Position numbers and translations under genes: made by a program. DNA of 64,000 bases from NCBI RefSeq assembly GCF_030028105.1, contig NC_092372.1, positions 198,501,898 to 198,565,897 on the forward strand, in the 5' to 3' direction. This document shows, piece by piece, positions 1-11,648 of this stretch. The notes under the pieces were generated by a model. The model was not told the origin of the DNA. It saw nothing but the letters and a program-made list of their open reading frames with translations, and did not search any database. Origin of the DNA: Mobula birostris (Eukaryota). Numbering within the stretch: position 1 is the stretch's first letter; every line of letters starts with the position of its first letter.

Positions 1-196
1 TGGTAAAGACCCGGCATGGATGAGAGCTGGGATCAGAGGGGGGAGGGGGGAGGCTGAGGGTGTCAGTGGAGAGGGAAGGGTTGGGGTGAGAGGAAGATGG
101 CGCCTCTGAGGGCCCAGGAGCTGACAGTGGGATCTGAGGGAGATGGGATTGCAGAGTGGTGGTTGGGGAAGGGGATACGGGAGTCACAATAGCAGA
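1..196 (-). mobile_element. Penelope-like element, N-terminal ORF fragment (runs off the window start)
   Basis: Reverse complement ends ...CATCCATGCCGGGTCTTTACCA (HPCRVFT), after a Pro/Ser-rich C-rich tract. This matches my recollection of the region preceding the RT in elasmobranch Penelope ORFs. Confidence 0.55.
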
Positions 197-904
197 CTGC
201 ACTGCACTGCCCCTTCACTTTTGGATAGGACCTACCACAAGCTCATTGCAACTCTTTGACACCAGTGCTAAAATATAATTAAATAAAGCTTTAACCTTAA
301 CCAAAGTAGAACTCTCAATTGTGATTTAAGAGCTTAATGCAATTATCATGTAGTTACTTATAAATGGAACAACGTGACAGTTAATGATCCACACTTAATT
401 TTTGTTCAATTAGCACCACCGCCATCCCTTCATATCAACTTCTTCCTTCACCAATGAGGGTTTGAAGAGGTCCAGATGCACCTGCCAGATCTTTCAATTC
501 ATGATTATTCTTCCACATATCCTTCTGGGTAATTTGAGACAAACAAATGAAATTAACTTAATTAGAGGGAAATAGTGAAAGGGATTTCATACAACAGAAC
601 TGGTGTAGCTTCATTTGGAAAATATTACTCAAGAACAAATGGTGCCATAAACATAGGAATCGAGCGTAAAATAAGAAATGGGTCAGATAGAGACGAAAAA
701 ACAGAGGCAAGAGAAAGATGATGGAGGAGGGAAGCTGATGGGGATAAGTAAAGAGGGAAGAGGGTACTTAATTTTAAAAGATTTATAAAAGAAAATAAAC
801 GGGAACAGGTAAATCACCCTAGAGTTCAGCTAAAACATATAAATCATTCACAGCTTCAGTATTCTTCATTTATTTATTTTATTTAGAGATACAGCATGCT
901 AATT

Positions 905-1478
905 GTGTATTTAATATTTCAGCAATATTTTCAGTAATATTGAAAATATATTGCTTTATTAAGCTTTTTGCTCGCATACCTCAAGATGGGTGCACAAAAT
1001 TCATGGGTTCATAAACAGTGAGTAGTGGCTGATAATAATAAAGAGAAAGCAGAAATGGCTGGCTGCATTGGAAAGATAGATGTGTTCGACTGCACAACAG
1101 TTGATGTATATTGAATGAATTCAGCAGTATTTTGAAGCAAATGAAATAGTCAATAAAAAGTGAGTGTCAGTGTTCCTGAGCATAATAGGTGGAAGAGCAT
1201 ACAATTTACTTAGAAGTATGATTGCTCCAACCAAACCAGACAAAATGAGCTTTGCTGATACTATGAGTGCAATGCAGGAAGATTTAGAACCAAAACCATT
1301 GCTGATTGCAGAACACTTTAGCTTTCATAGGTGGATTCAAAAGGCAGAGGAGTCCATTTCAGCTTACATGGCTGAACAAAAGAAGTTGTCTGAGCATTGC
1401 CAGTTCAGTGATGGGCTAAATAATGCACAAAGAGATCATCTAGTTTGTGGAATCTTACAAGAAAGCATTCAAAAAATG
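905..1478 (+). mobile_element. Gypsy LTR retrotransposon remnant: LTR fragment plus degenerate gag
   Basis: ATG at ~1054 (MAGCIGKIDVFD). ORF 1164-1550 reads FLSIIGGRAYNLLRSMIAPTKP...EPKPLLIAEHFSFHR.IQKAEESISAYMAE...CQF...RDHLVCG, typical of fish/metazoan Gypsy gag. Stops are present. Confidence 0.8.
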
Positions 1479-1480
1479 GC

Positions 1481-2229
1481 TGCAGAGTACCCCGGTAGCC
1501 ATCCCCTCAACAACAGGCGTACCACTTTGGATATTGTTGGCAGGGGATGACCAAGCAGAGGAAAATCACAGCAGTCGGGTCCCTCGCACTGAGTCAGCCT
1601 CGGTGACTCAGAGGGCAAGGAGTGAGAAGAGGCGAGCTGTGGTGATAGGGCATTTGTTAGATAGAGGAACCGCAAGGAGGTTCTACGGACAAGAACGAGA
1701 TTCCCGGATGGTTTGTTGCCTTGCCAGGTGCCAGGATCTGGGACATCTCTGATCAAGTCCTTCTTATTCTTAAACGGGAGGGTGAACAGCCAGAGACTTT
1801 GGTCTTTGTGAGTACCAATGACATAGGTAAGAAGAGAGACGAGGTTCTGTAGAGTAAGTTAGCTAGGTGCTAAGGTAAATGGTGGGACCTCTAGGGTTGT
1901 GTTCTTAGGATTGCTACCTGTGCCATGCACTAGTGAGGCAATAAGTAGGAGGATTATTCAGTTTAATATATAGCTAATGAGTTGGTGTAGGAGGAAGGGC
2001 TTTAGATTTCTGGATCATCGGGCTCTCTTCCAGGGAAGGTGGGACCTATACAGAAGAGATGGTTTGCTCCTTAACTGGAGGGGGGCTAATAACCTAGCGG
2101 AAAGTGTTGCTAGTACTGCGCGGGGGCGGGGGGGGGGGGGGGAGGTTTAAACTAGAATTTAATGGGGATGGGAACCAGAACATCAGAAGAGTGCTTGTAG
2201 AGACAGGTGTTGTTAAGGCTTCAGACAAA
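1481..2229 (+). mobile_element. CR1 LINE fragment: ORF1 SGNH-esterase region and ORF1/ORF2 junction
   Basis: RRAVVIG..., MVCCL...ARCQD, VFVSTND and DGLLLNWRGAN align with ORF1 of the full-length CR1 at 17961-18928. Ends GGTTTAAACTAG (2144-2155). Confidence 0.85.
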
Positions 2230-3164
2230 ATGAGACTGTCAAATATGAAAAGTTGTGGGGGTGCTGTGTACTTTTCAAGGCCCGGTAGTATTAGTGCAGC
2301 AAAGAGATGGGCATGAATGTGCTGGGATGAAGGGGCCACTTCTGTGCTGTACCATTCTATGGCACTAGATTACATTTTATGAATTCCTTTATGTTTTGGC
2401 CGGCATTTTGGAGAATCTGATGTGGCTAAATTTAACTCTGACAGGTTAGGACTACGATTGATATATTGCATTGTTGATTTGGTTGCCACAATTGAAACAG
2501 CATGAGGGAAAGTTGGCATTGTTGTTGTATCCATGTGCAGATGTAACTTGGCTGGTTAAGTGCCGGCCAGGTGCCAGACGACTCTCTGTACTGTTGCTAA
2601 GCTACTGAGGCAATTACAAGATATCCTTTATCACAAAGCCAATTTGATAAAAGAAAGCTTTCCTTTTTAAAAAAATTCTTCATATCTGTTTTGCTGAGGG
2701 TGCAAGAAATCTCTGTAACTTTATATATACTGAATGACAAAATAGAGTTCAACATAACTACTCCTTGTATGGGAATATGTCAATGCTTCTAGAAGTGGAG
2801 AGCTCCCAATCTTAGTTGTGTCAATTATTTATTCTTCAAGAAAAAAAGGGAAAAAATTTTCACCTCAGGCTATTCTAAAAGAGCATATTGCAGAGTAGAA
2901 TTGGTACAGTGTCTCCAAAATACAACCTTGTTCTAATTCACAGGACTCTTGTATTTGGTGAAAGTGATACTTAATGGTCAAGGACAACCTCTATGGAAAG
3001 CTGTAGGTGGGTATGTTCCTCTTGAAAGGTCTGATTTTGATGCATGAAGCACTAACAGATATCACATTTAGTGGGTGATGAGAGAGTCAGTCTCACTTCA
3101 TTTGTTTCTCCATAGATTAAAAAGGGAGTGATTAAATTGGGTAATTTTTTTAATATATTGCTAC

Positions 3165-3445
3165 ATGCACTGAGCTGCAGTGAAAACCTGTCTTACACTG
3201 AGGTAGTAGAAGGTAAAACAATAATAGAGTGCCAAACAAAGAAAAGGTGCTCTGCAGGTAGACATTAGGGTCCAAGATTATCACAAGGTAGATTGAGGTC
3301 AAGAGTCCATCTTGTCATACTAAAGAACCATTCAGTAACAGCAGGACTGAAGACTGGTGGTGTGTATTTTCAGTCTTTTGTGTCTTCTGGCCAATGGGAG
3401 GGAGAGAAGAGAGAATGCCTGGGGTGGGTAGGATCTTTGAATGAT
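3165..3445 (-). mobile_element. Rex-Babar LINE 3' fragment (degenerate)
   Basis: Similar to the Rex-Babar 3' end at 38303-38745 (AAGAGTCCATCTT...GAGAAGAGAGAATGCCTGGGGTGG). Confidence 0.55.
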
Positions 3446-3677
3446 ATTCTACTGTGGTAAAGTGCCGTATAATTGAAGGTGCTGTTGTTGCAAGTCATAT
3501 CAAATTGTTGTCTTTTTATGTTTGTGAACATATGATGTTTCTCCTTGTAAGTCATGAGAATTATATTCGACACGTTTATTTCTGCTATGAAGTTGTGTGG
3601 GTTTAGGGCAACAGTACAAAGAATAATGAAAATGGAATAACGACGTGGAGTCAGGATACTGCAGCACCATGGTGCAT

Positions 3678-4057
3678 AGTTCAAGATTTAGGGTTGTTTA
3701 ATGCCTTTTCCAGTACACAACTGTGAAGGAGAATGAAATAATTATTATTCCAGATTGGTTGCAGCAGAAAAACACAAATAAGGAACATAATAATAAAAAT
3801 GCAATAAAAATAAATAAATAAGATAGCTTATATACATAGATTGATTGTATAACTGCATATCCATAATGTGATGCTAGGCAGAGGAGCGCTTGTACCTAAG
3901 GTGAATCTGACAGGAAATGATAAAACAGTGGTGGTGTGGGGTGTGGAGGTTTTGATCAGCCTTAGTGCTTGGGGAAGTAACTATTTTTGAGTCTGGTGGT
4001 CCTGATGTGGATGCTACGTAATTTCCTTCTTGATGGGACTGGGACAAGCAGTCCATG
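3678..4057 (-). mobile_element. Rex-Babar LINE 3' fragment
   Basis: Minus strand encodes the degenerate C-terminal motif VPVPSRR...RSIHIRTTRLKNSYFP, followed by an AT-rich 3'UTR. Confidence 0.7.
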
Positions 4058-4289
4058 AGAATTGTGCAGGATTTGATGGATCATCTGCCGCCTGCATCAT
4101 GACCTGCCCTTTGGTCTGGTTTCTACTAACATTGTCAATTTTCCATTGGACGTAGTTTTCCTCCACATCGATCTCACCATGCCAGGATTTTCATGCCTTA
4201 AGAAGCATGGTGGCAAATCAAGTGTTCACCACTTTTCCATGAGCTTATGTGATAGTAAGATGATTAGCAGGTGTTTTAGGAAGGTTTCC

Positions 4290-4545
4290 AGTGAGCCAAG
4301 GTATAGTTGTAGAGCCATCGGCATACAACACAGAACCAGCCCCTTCAGCCCAACCACTTCATGCCCATCAGCGTAAACTACATTTCCTTACATTTGGCCC
4401 ATATCCCTCTAAACATTGTTCATCCATTCATAGAACATAGAAAGTCTACAGCACATTACAGGCCCTTCAGCCCACAATGTTGTGTTGACCATGTAACCTA
4501 CTCCAGAAGCTGCCTAGAATTTCCCTTCCCCATAGCCCTCTATTT
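4290..4545 (-). mobile_element. Two adjacent CR1 3'-end fragments
   Basis: Both carry the reversed CR1 3' hairpin/tail (...CAGCCCCTTCAGCCCA... and CATAGAACATAGAAAGTCTACAGCAC...GGCCCTTCAGCCCACAATG). Confidence 0.7.
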
Positions 4546-4704
4546 CTCAAATAAATTTCAATCTACAATTATTGAAAATGTACTTTTCAGAATTTTTACT
4601 GCTTTTTGACATCTCAGCAAAAAGAAGATAATTCACTCCTGTTATGAGAGGCTAGACATGCAGATTTTGGGTTGTAAAACCTATAGGCAGACAGGGTGAG
4701 GAAA

Positions 4705-5298
4705 ACAGACAGAAGATATTCTGCAGATGTTGGAAAATTTGAGCAACACACATAGAATTCTGGAGGAACTCAGCAGGCCAGGCAGTCGTCGTTGTGGCTA
4801 TCCCTCGAGGTTGAGGATGATGGTCTTCGTTCTGTTGATCTATTTATGGGCTCTCAAGTGGCTTATGAGTCCAATCTTGGCTTTGAAAGTTTTTCTACAT
4901 TCAGGACAGGTAGTTCCAGATGGCAGATCAGGCTTTGATTGTTGCTGCCTCTCTTTCCATTTTCTTCTCCTTTCTTCTAATTCTGCACATCTATTGGCTT
5001 CGAAAGTTGCTGTTCCTTTTCAGATGATGGCTTGCCAGAGTTTCCTGTCCTTGGCATTGGTTTCCCAATTGTTGATGTTGATGTTACATTTCTTCATTAT
5101 GGCGTTTAAGATGTCTTTGAATCTCTTCTGTTGTCTGCGTCTTTTACGTTTGACTTCTTTAAGCTGGGAAGGCCAAGCAGTATCTGTGGAGGGAAATGAA
5201 TAGATGAAGTGTCTTGGCTTGAAATGTTGAATGCTCTTTCCCTCCATGGATGCTGCCTGACCTGCTGAGTTCCTCTTGTATTTCGTGTGTGTTTCCCA
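4705..5298. mobile_element. Inverted pair of Penelope terminal-repeat tails, interrupted by an RTE
   Basis: GAGGAACTCAGCAGGCCAGGCAG..ATCTGTGGAGGGAAA on the left arm; TTTCCCTCCATGGATGCTGCCTGACCTGCTGAGTTCCTC on the right arm (reverse complement). Confidence 0.75.
4787..5169 (-). mobile_element. RTE-clade LINE 3' fragment with target-site duplication
   Basis: SQLKEVKRKRRRQQKRFKDILNAIMKKCNININNWETNAKDRKLWQAII is an RTE C-terminus. TSD AGGCCAGGCAGT (4775-4786) / AGGCCAAGCAGT (5170-5181). Confidence 0.85.
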
Positions 5299-7057
5299 GA
5301 ATAAGAATATTGCCCATATACTGAAATCCAGTGAAAGAATAAGCCTTAGGTTTGATAATACCTGATTTCAATGTAATGTGGGAATAGGTAGGTGGTATCC
5401 ATCCCAGCAAAATCAAAACTATTGCTGTAATTCACATTCAGATATTGCCAGCCTTCATTCTAAAGCAGTAATTTCAGAGGTCATGCCTTTTATAGCAAGA
5501 CATCTGCACTATCAGATACTCATGGGAGAAGTGTAACAAAACTCACTATTTTGTATCATGTATTTTGTATCAAGAAGTGTTGAAACACTGACAAAACAGG
5601 CATTGTTATGATGGCTGAAAGGCTGCATTATGCATGTTAAAATTTTCGTATAGTCACAGTATTCAATGTTCAGACAAAAGCTTCTATTCCCAGTCTGTTT
5701 CCAGTATTAAGTAATTCCATTAAACGATCACCAAGTCTCTTCAGAACTAGAAAGCATTGTGAATGCAGTAGTTGAAATCGAAGCCATGAGAAACATACAT
5801 TTACAGGTAGATACATCTGAGACAAACTGGTTGAAAAACATGGTTGACAACTTAATTTGCCTTAATTATCTGATCTGACCACAGAGCAATATCAAGGAAT
5901 CTTTTATTGTACTGTATTTGAAAGGTGTACAGAGGTGAATAGTTTAGGCTTCAATAATTCCTTAAGCATATGTCGAAGTTCCTTTTTTATGCAAAACCAG
6001 AAAGCTTTCAGTGTATTCTTAAATTCACCGCTAAGTCAAGGGCAGTCGGGACAATACCTTACAATTGAAATAAACTCTGTGTTTGCACAGCATACTTACG
6101 TGAAAAGTATTTAATGGAATCTTTAATTAAATCTTTCTGCATCTAATCTCTTTAAGTCTAACCTCATCATTAAATTTAATCTCATTGTCTAGCTGGTTTA
6201 TGCTGGAGTAAATGAGTTAGATGGGCCAGATTTATGCGTATAATGATTAGGTGTATATTAATGTTAATTTTGAGAATTATGACAAGCTATGTAATACATG
6301 TCAGCACTAAGAAATCTGCTCTCAAAAAGAACCATGCAGATCTAGGTAGCGTCCAGCAGTAGTATTGTGATACATTGCCTCATGTGCCAACATCATAAGT
6401 TGGCATTTCCTTTGCTACAGTACATCATCTGAATGGCTGAAAAGGAGGAAAGTTGTGTCCTGTTACATCACTTTTGTAACTTGGATTTTTCTACCTCCAC
6501 TGTCTGGAATGTATAAATGACTGGAAACAGAGACTAGCAGCCTCCCTGTTAGTCTTCAGGTATAAGGTCTGCTAACCTCTAGGACTGCCTGAAGAGCAAC
6601 ATCAGCACTCTCTAAGGGAATGGCTGGAAGATTGTGGTATCCCCATTGAAATGAGGATACAAAATACAGCAGTTGCTGGAAATCTGAAATGAAAAGGAAT
6701 GTTTGAAATACTCAAAAGTTCAGGCAGAAAAAAAACAGTGATCATCTCAGTACTGGCCAGTTGTGGTACGAATTAGAACGGCTTGTTATCTGGAATTGTT
6801 GGATTCATTGTCGAGTTTGAAGAGGGGTAATTTCACTCGTCAGCAGTTGGACTGCTCAACATGGGTTAGCTGTAACAGCTTTCTAAGATGATCTAGTGTT
6901 CAGAGGTACCTGAAGGTACATCTGAATACTGAAAGGCAAAACAGAAAGAAAGACCAGTTATAGCAGTTTTAGAGAGATCACGGTGGTGAGAGTCAATACA
7001 CACTGGAAAATGAGAATTATAGCTGCAAGTGGAAAAGTTAAAAATTAGCTAAGGGTG

Positions 7058-7192
7058 GATTAAAAGACATTTGGACAAGTAAATGGATAGGAAAGGTTTA
7101 GAGGGATATGGGTTAAACTCATCCAAGTGAGTAGGTGGACATATTGCTTGACATGGGTGAGTTGACCCAAAGGCCCTGCTTCCATTCTATGA
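7058..7192 (+). mobile_element. CR1 3' end
   Basis: TTAAAAGACATTTGGACAAGTAAATGGATAGGAAAGGTTTAGAGGGATATGG...CCAAAGGCCCTGCTTCCATTCTATG. Confidence 0.75.
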
Positions 7193-8059
7193 TCCTTTTA
7201 AGAAAAAGGAAATTTGGGTACATAAAAAGAAAATAAATACTCTATTTTTTTTCTTCCTATTTAGAAAGTAATGAACAAAATTCATTAAAAAAATTGCTGA
7301 AATGATTCAGTGTCTCTGAGAGAGGTCACCCTGTGCACTGGTTCTTGTGCAATATTATCACATTGGTACAGAAATCACTTGTGGCTAATTGGGGTACCGC
7401 ATAAAAGTAAACATGGACAAATTAAAATTCAAACTGTAGGATATTCCCAAATAAGAAATACATAACTTAAAAATACCAAGGAAAATAAATACAAAATCAT
7501 TGGAGTTTTATTGTCAAAACATTGTTGAAATACTTTGATTAATTACTGAGCTGACAACATGCAAACAAGCAACTTGGAGGGTCCCTGGTCCCCTGGAGGT
7601 ATATCACTGTATGAGTCACTACTCTTCAACAGGAAGTATGCTCCCAGCCTTGCCTTTCATTCACAATCTATGCAAACAAACAGCTGCCCTTCCATTGTTT
7701 TCATTTAGCACAGGATCTTTGCACCATATACTGGAGCATGCATGGACACATGCATTTGTGTATATGCACACACACTGAAGGAGAGAAAAAGAAATGTACA
7801 TGAAAACAAATACTGGGGTCACCATACTCAATTAACTCACATTCTTTTGCATGTAATGCAAACAACACAGTATCTTATCACATCTTGTTGTGTATTTAAT
7901 TCCTGTGCACAGCCAACACTAAATTCATAAGAGGGTCCAAAGTCTTATGCCTTCTGTTATAACAAAGTAGATTAAATAGGGTGCTAGATTTAGATGTTCA
8001 GACATGAATCGTTTGAAAGACAGAGCAAGCATGAAGGGTCAAATAGTTTTCATCTAAAT

Positions 8060-8740
8060 TGGAATGTCTGGTTATCTGAAACTGTTCAATTCATTATTAA
8101 GCCCTGACAGGTATAGTGTGTTTAATTGGCATCAAAAAATGAGATGATGTTCTTTGAACGTTCACTGCACTTCATTGGAGCAGTGTTAGACAGAGAGGTC
8201 AGAGAAAGAGTGGGATGAAGCATTTAAAACAAAAAAAACTCAAATCTCTTACTATCTCTTCTTTCAGTTAGTCCTGACGAAGGGTCTCGGCCCAAAAAGT
8301 CGACTGTACCTCTTCCTATAGATGCTGCCTGGCCTGCTGCATTCACCAGCATTTTTTATGTGTGTTGCAAAAAACTAGCATCTGTAGATTCATGGTTATT
8401 CTCGACTGAATACATAGCAGTCATCCAACCTGCATTTGTGTTCTTCGATGTCAGTGACAATAACACTAGAAGATATAGGAGCAGAACAAGGCCATCTGGC
8501 TGACTGCTTCTGCATTCCCATTCTGTCAGTGCACCTTCTCCCTGTCCCAATCAACAACCGATAAATCCCTGCTTTAAATATCATCTTGGACAGAGGAGAC
8601 CCATGAGCAGCAAACCAAATACAGAACACTAAAATGAAATTAATGAATCACTGTTACATCTGGCGGAATTGCTTGGTTCTCTGGAAGATGAGAAGGGACA
8701 AAGTAAAAGAGCAAGTGTTGTATCTCCTATGGTTGCATGC
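8060..8740 (-). mobile_element. Highly degenerate Penelope GIY-YIG region, with younger inserts at ~8250-8390 and ~8465-8585 (CR1 3' end)
   Basis: Pieces resemble the Penelope endonuclease region at 51001-51382 (GATGTTCTTTGAACGTTCACTGCACTTCATTGGAGCAGTG...TCAGAGAAAGAGTGGG). Confidence 0.45.
8250..8388 (+). mobile_element. Penelope terminal unit with degenerate minimal hammerhead motif
   Basis: AGTC CTGACGA AGGGTCTCGGCCC AAAAA GTC GACT (8270-8305), followed by the ATAGATGCTGCCTGGCCTGCTG...CAGCATTTT tail. Confidence 0.8.
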
Positions 8741-9039
8741 ACTTACAGAGTGGCCTCTGCACTGTAATCCGTTCATATTCATCTATTTCTAACTTCTCCA
8801 GAAAGACTAACTTATCAAGCCTTCCCTACCCTCTCGCAGCCAGCACCACCATCATACAGTATATGTCTCTCAGATTCCCTCGGTCTCTATCCTATTGCAG
8901 ACTTTCCCAACGCTGTCTCCACATCTCCCCCTTCTCTGCAGCTTAACACGTTTGACGTATAACTCTTCACAATTCTGATGAAAGCTTGTCAGACTGAAAA
9001 GATAACTCAGAGAAAAGTGTACAGTAAAAGGCAGGACCA

Positions 9040-9935
9040 AAGTTCCAAGTTCAAACCTCAAAGTTCAAAGTAAATGTTATTATCAGAGTACATACATGTC
9101 ACCACATACAACCCTGAGATGTTTCTGTGGGCATACTTAGCAAATTTGTAGAACAGTGACTGTAAACTGTAAACATCAGGAACTGTTAACTGAAAAAAAT
9201 CTGTGCAAATGCAGATAGAAATAAATTGAAATAAATAACGAGCATGAAATAACAATATAACATACATCAATATAACAATATAAGAGTCCTTAAATGAGAG
9301 TAGTAATCCCCTTTGTTCAAGAGCCCCGTGGTTGAGGGGTCGTAACTGTTCCTGAACCTGGAGGTATGAGTCCTGAGGCACGTGTACCTTCTACCAGATG
9401 TCAGCAGCAAGAAAAGAACATGACTTGGATAGTGGAGATCTTTGATAATGAATGCTCCTTTTCTATGGCAATGTTTCATGTAGGTGTGCTCAATAGTTGG
9501 GAGGGTTTTATCCGTGCTGTACTGGGCTGAAATCTTTCGTAAAATTTTCCTCTCAAAGGTATTGGAATCCCCATAACAGACTCTAATTCAGCCAGTCAGC
9601 ACACTTACCACTATACAACTATAGAAGCTTGCCAAGATTTTCGATGATATGCTGAACCTCCACAGACTCCTGAGGAAGTAGAGGTGCTGTCATGCTTTCT
9701 TCACAATAGTATTTATATAATGGGTCCAGGACAGGTCCTCTGAGATAGTGACATGCAGGAATTTAAAGTTACTGACCCTATCCACCGCTGATCCTCTGAT
9801 GATTACTGGCTCATGGACCTCTGTTTTCCCTCTCCTGGAGCCTGCAATCAGTTCCTTTGTCTTATTGACATCGAGCGAGAGGTTGTTGTTATGACACCAT
9901 TCAGCCAAGTTTTCAGTCTTCCTCCTGTATCCCCT
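9040..9935 (-). mobile_element. Rex-Babar LINE, 5'-truncated
   Basis: YRRKTENLAEWCHNNNLSLDVNKTKELI...VSNFKFLHVTISEDLSWTHYINTIVKKA and LLTSGRRYTCLRTHTSRFRNSY. Tail is (TTTGAAC)n-like. Confidence 0.9.
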
Positions 9936-10074
9936 CATTCAGTCCATCCCCCTCATTCATACAGCCATTAGAAGCCATTAGAAACATTGACATGCAGATC
10001 TTAGGGAGCAAGTATGTTGTTCCCTAAAACCGGCAATACAAGCAGGGCATTACATATATATACGTACATATCAG

Positions 10075-10215
10075 GCATATTTGGATTGTTAGGATATGGG
10101 AGAAAACTGAAACACTTGGGGTAAACGGAAATTATGCAGATTCCATATGGGAATCATCTCCAGTCAGGATCAGTCCTGGCACATTGGAGCTGCGTAGCAG
10201 CTACACTACCTGTGC
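10075..10215 (-). mobile_element. V-SINE (HE1-like), degenerate
   Basis: Reversed V-domain-like sequence GGGAGAAAACTGAAACACTTGGGGTAAAC plus a tRNA-like head. Confidence 0.5.
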
Positions 10216-10407
10216 AGTAAGTTTGATGTAGCAAAACATTCACAATTCACTGGGAAATACGGATTCAAATTTAACACTGGCACATAGAGTATAATAAATA
10301 GAGTATAATAAGCTGGAAGGGACATCTTGTTCAGAAAGTATTGAAAGGGTGAAGTTGAAGGTAGACGGTGTAATGAACTGGAACCTAGGAAGTTCAAAAT
10401 TCAGTAT

Positions 10408-11630
10408 TTAAAATTCAAAGTATATTTATTAATGAGGTACATATATGTCACCATATACAACCCTGAGATTCATTTTCTTTCGGGCATACTCACTGAATTC
10501 TATTACCTGAATAGCAATGAAAGACCACACCAACTTGGGAATTCAATCAGTGTGCAAAAGACGACATACTGTGCAAATACAAAAATGAAGAAATAATAAT
10601 AATAAAAAATAAGAAACAGGATTTGTAAATATCGAGTACATGAGATGAAGAGTTTGTGAAAGCGAATCCATAGCTTGTGGGAATACTTCAGCGATGGGGT
10701 AAGTGAAATTGAGTGAAGCTATCCCCTTTGGTTCAAGATCCTGATGGTTGAGGGGTTATAACCTGGTGGTGTGAGTCCTGTGGCTATTTTACCTTCTTCC
10801 TGATGGCAGCAGCAAGAAGGGAGCATGACTTAGGAGGTGGGGCTCCCTGATGATGGATGCTGCTTTCCTGCAACAATGCTTCATGGAGATGTGCTCAATG
10901 GCAGTGAGGGCTTCACCAGTGAAACAATTGGCCAGATCCGCTACTTTCTATAGGATTTTCCATTCAAGAGGATTGGGATTTCCGTATCAGGCTGTGATGC
11001 AGTGTACTCTCCACACATTTATAGAAGTTTTACAAAGTTTTAGATATCATGCCAAGTCTTCACAAATTCTTAAGGAAGTAGCCTTGCTTTCTTTGTAATT
11101 CCACTTATGTGTGTGTCCCAGGACAGGTCCTCTGAAATAGCAACACCTAGGAATTTAAAGTTGCTGACCCCCTCACCTCTGATCCCCTGATGAGCACTGG
11201 CTGATGGACCTCTGTTTTCCTCCTCCTGAAGCGAATAATCAGCTCCTTGGTCTTGTTGACACCGTGTGAGAGGTTGTTGCTGTAGCACCACTCAGCCAGA
11301 TTTTTATTCTCCCTCCTTACACAGTCGTAAGTGTAAAGTGAGTAGATCAAGGGGCTAAGCACACAGACTTGAGGTGCACCAATGTTGCTGGAGATTGTGG
11401 AGGAGGTGTTGTTGCCAATCCGAACGGACTGTGCTCTGCAAGTGAGGAAGTCGAAGATTCAATTGTACAAGGAGGATTTGAAGCTTATTGATTAGTTTTG
11501 TGGGGATGATAGTACTAAACGTCAAGCTGTAGACGATGAAGAGCATCCTGATGTATGTATCTTTGATGTCCAGATGTTCCAGGGTTGAGTGAAGAGCCAG
11601 TGAGATGGCATCTGCTATGGACCTGTTGTT
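10408..11630 (-). mobile_element. Rex-Babar LINE RT fragment with internal deletion
   Basis: [14 protein letters not shown] joins directly to RRENKNLAEWC, so the FADD segment is deleted at ~11318. Also SNFKFLGVAISEDLSW. Same family as 9040-9935. Confidence 0.9.
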
Positions 11631-11648
11631 CAGAAAGACAAAATGGAA

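Noticed and set aside
2120-2145. Functional G-quadruplex in the long G-run
   Set aside because: This is a homopolymer expansion inside a decayed CR1, with similar runs at 52318-52390. There is no evidence of function.
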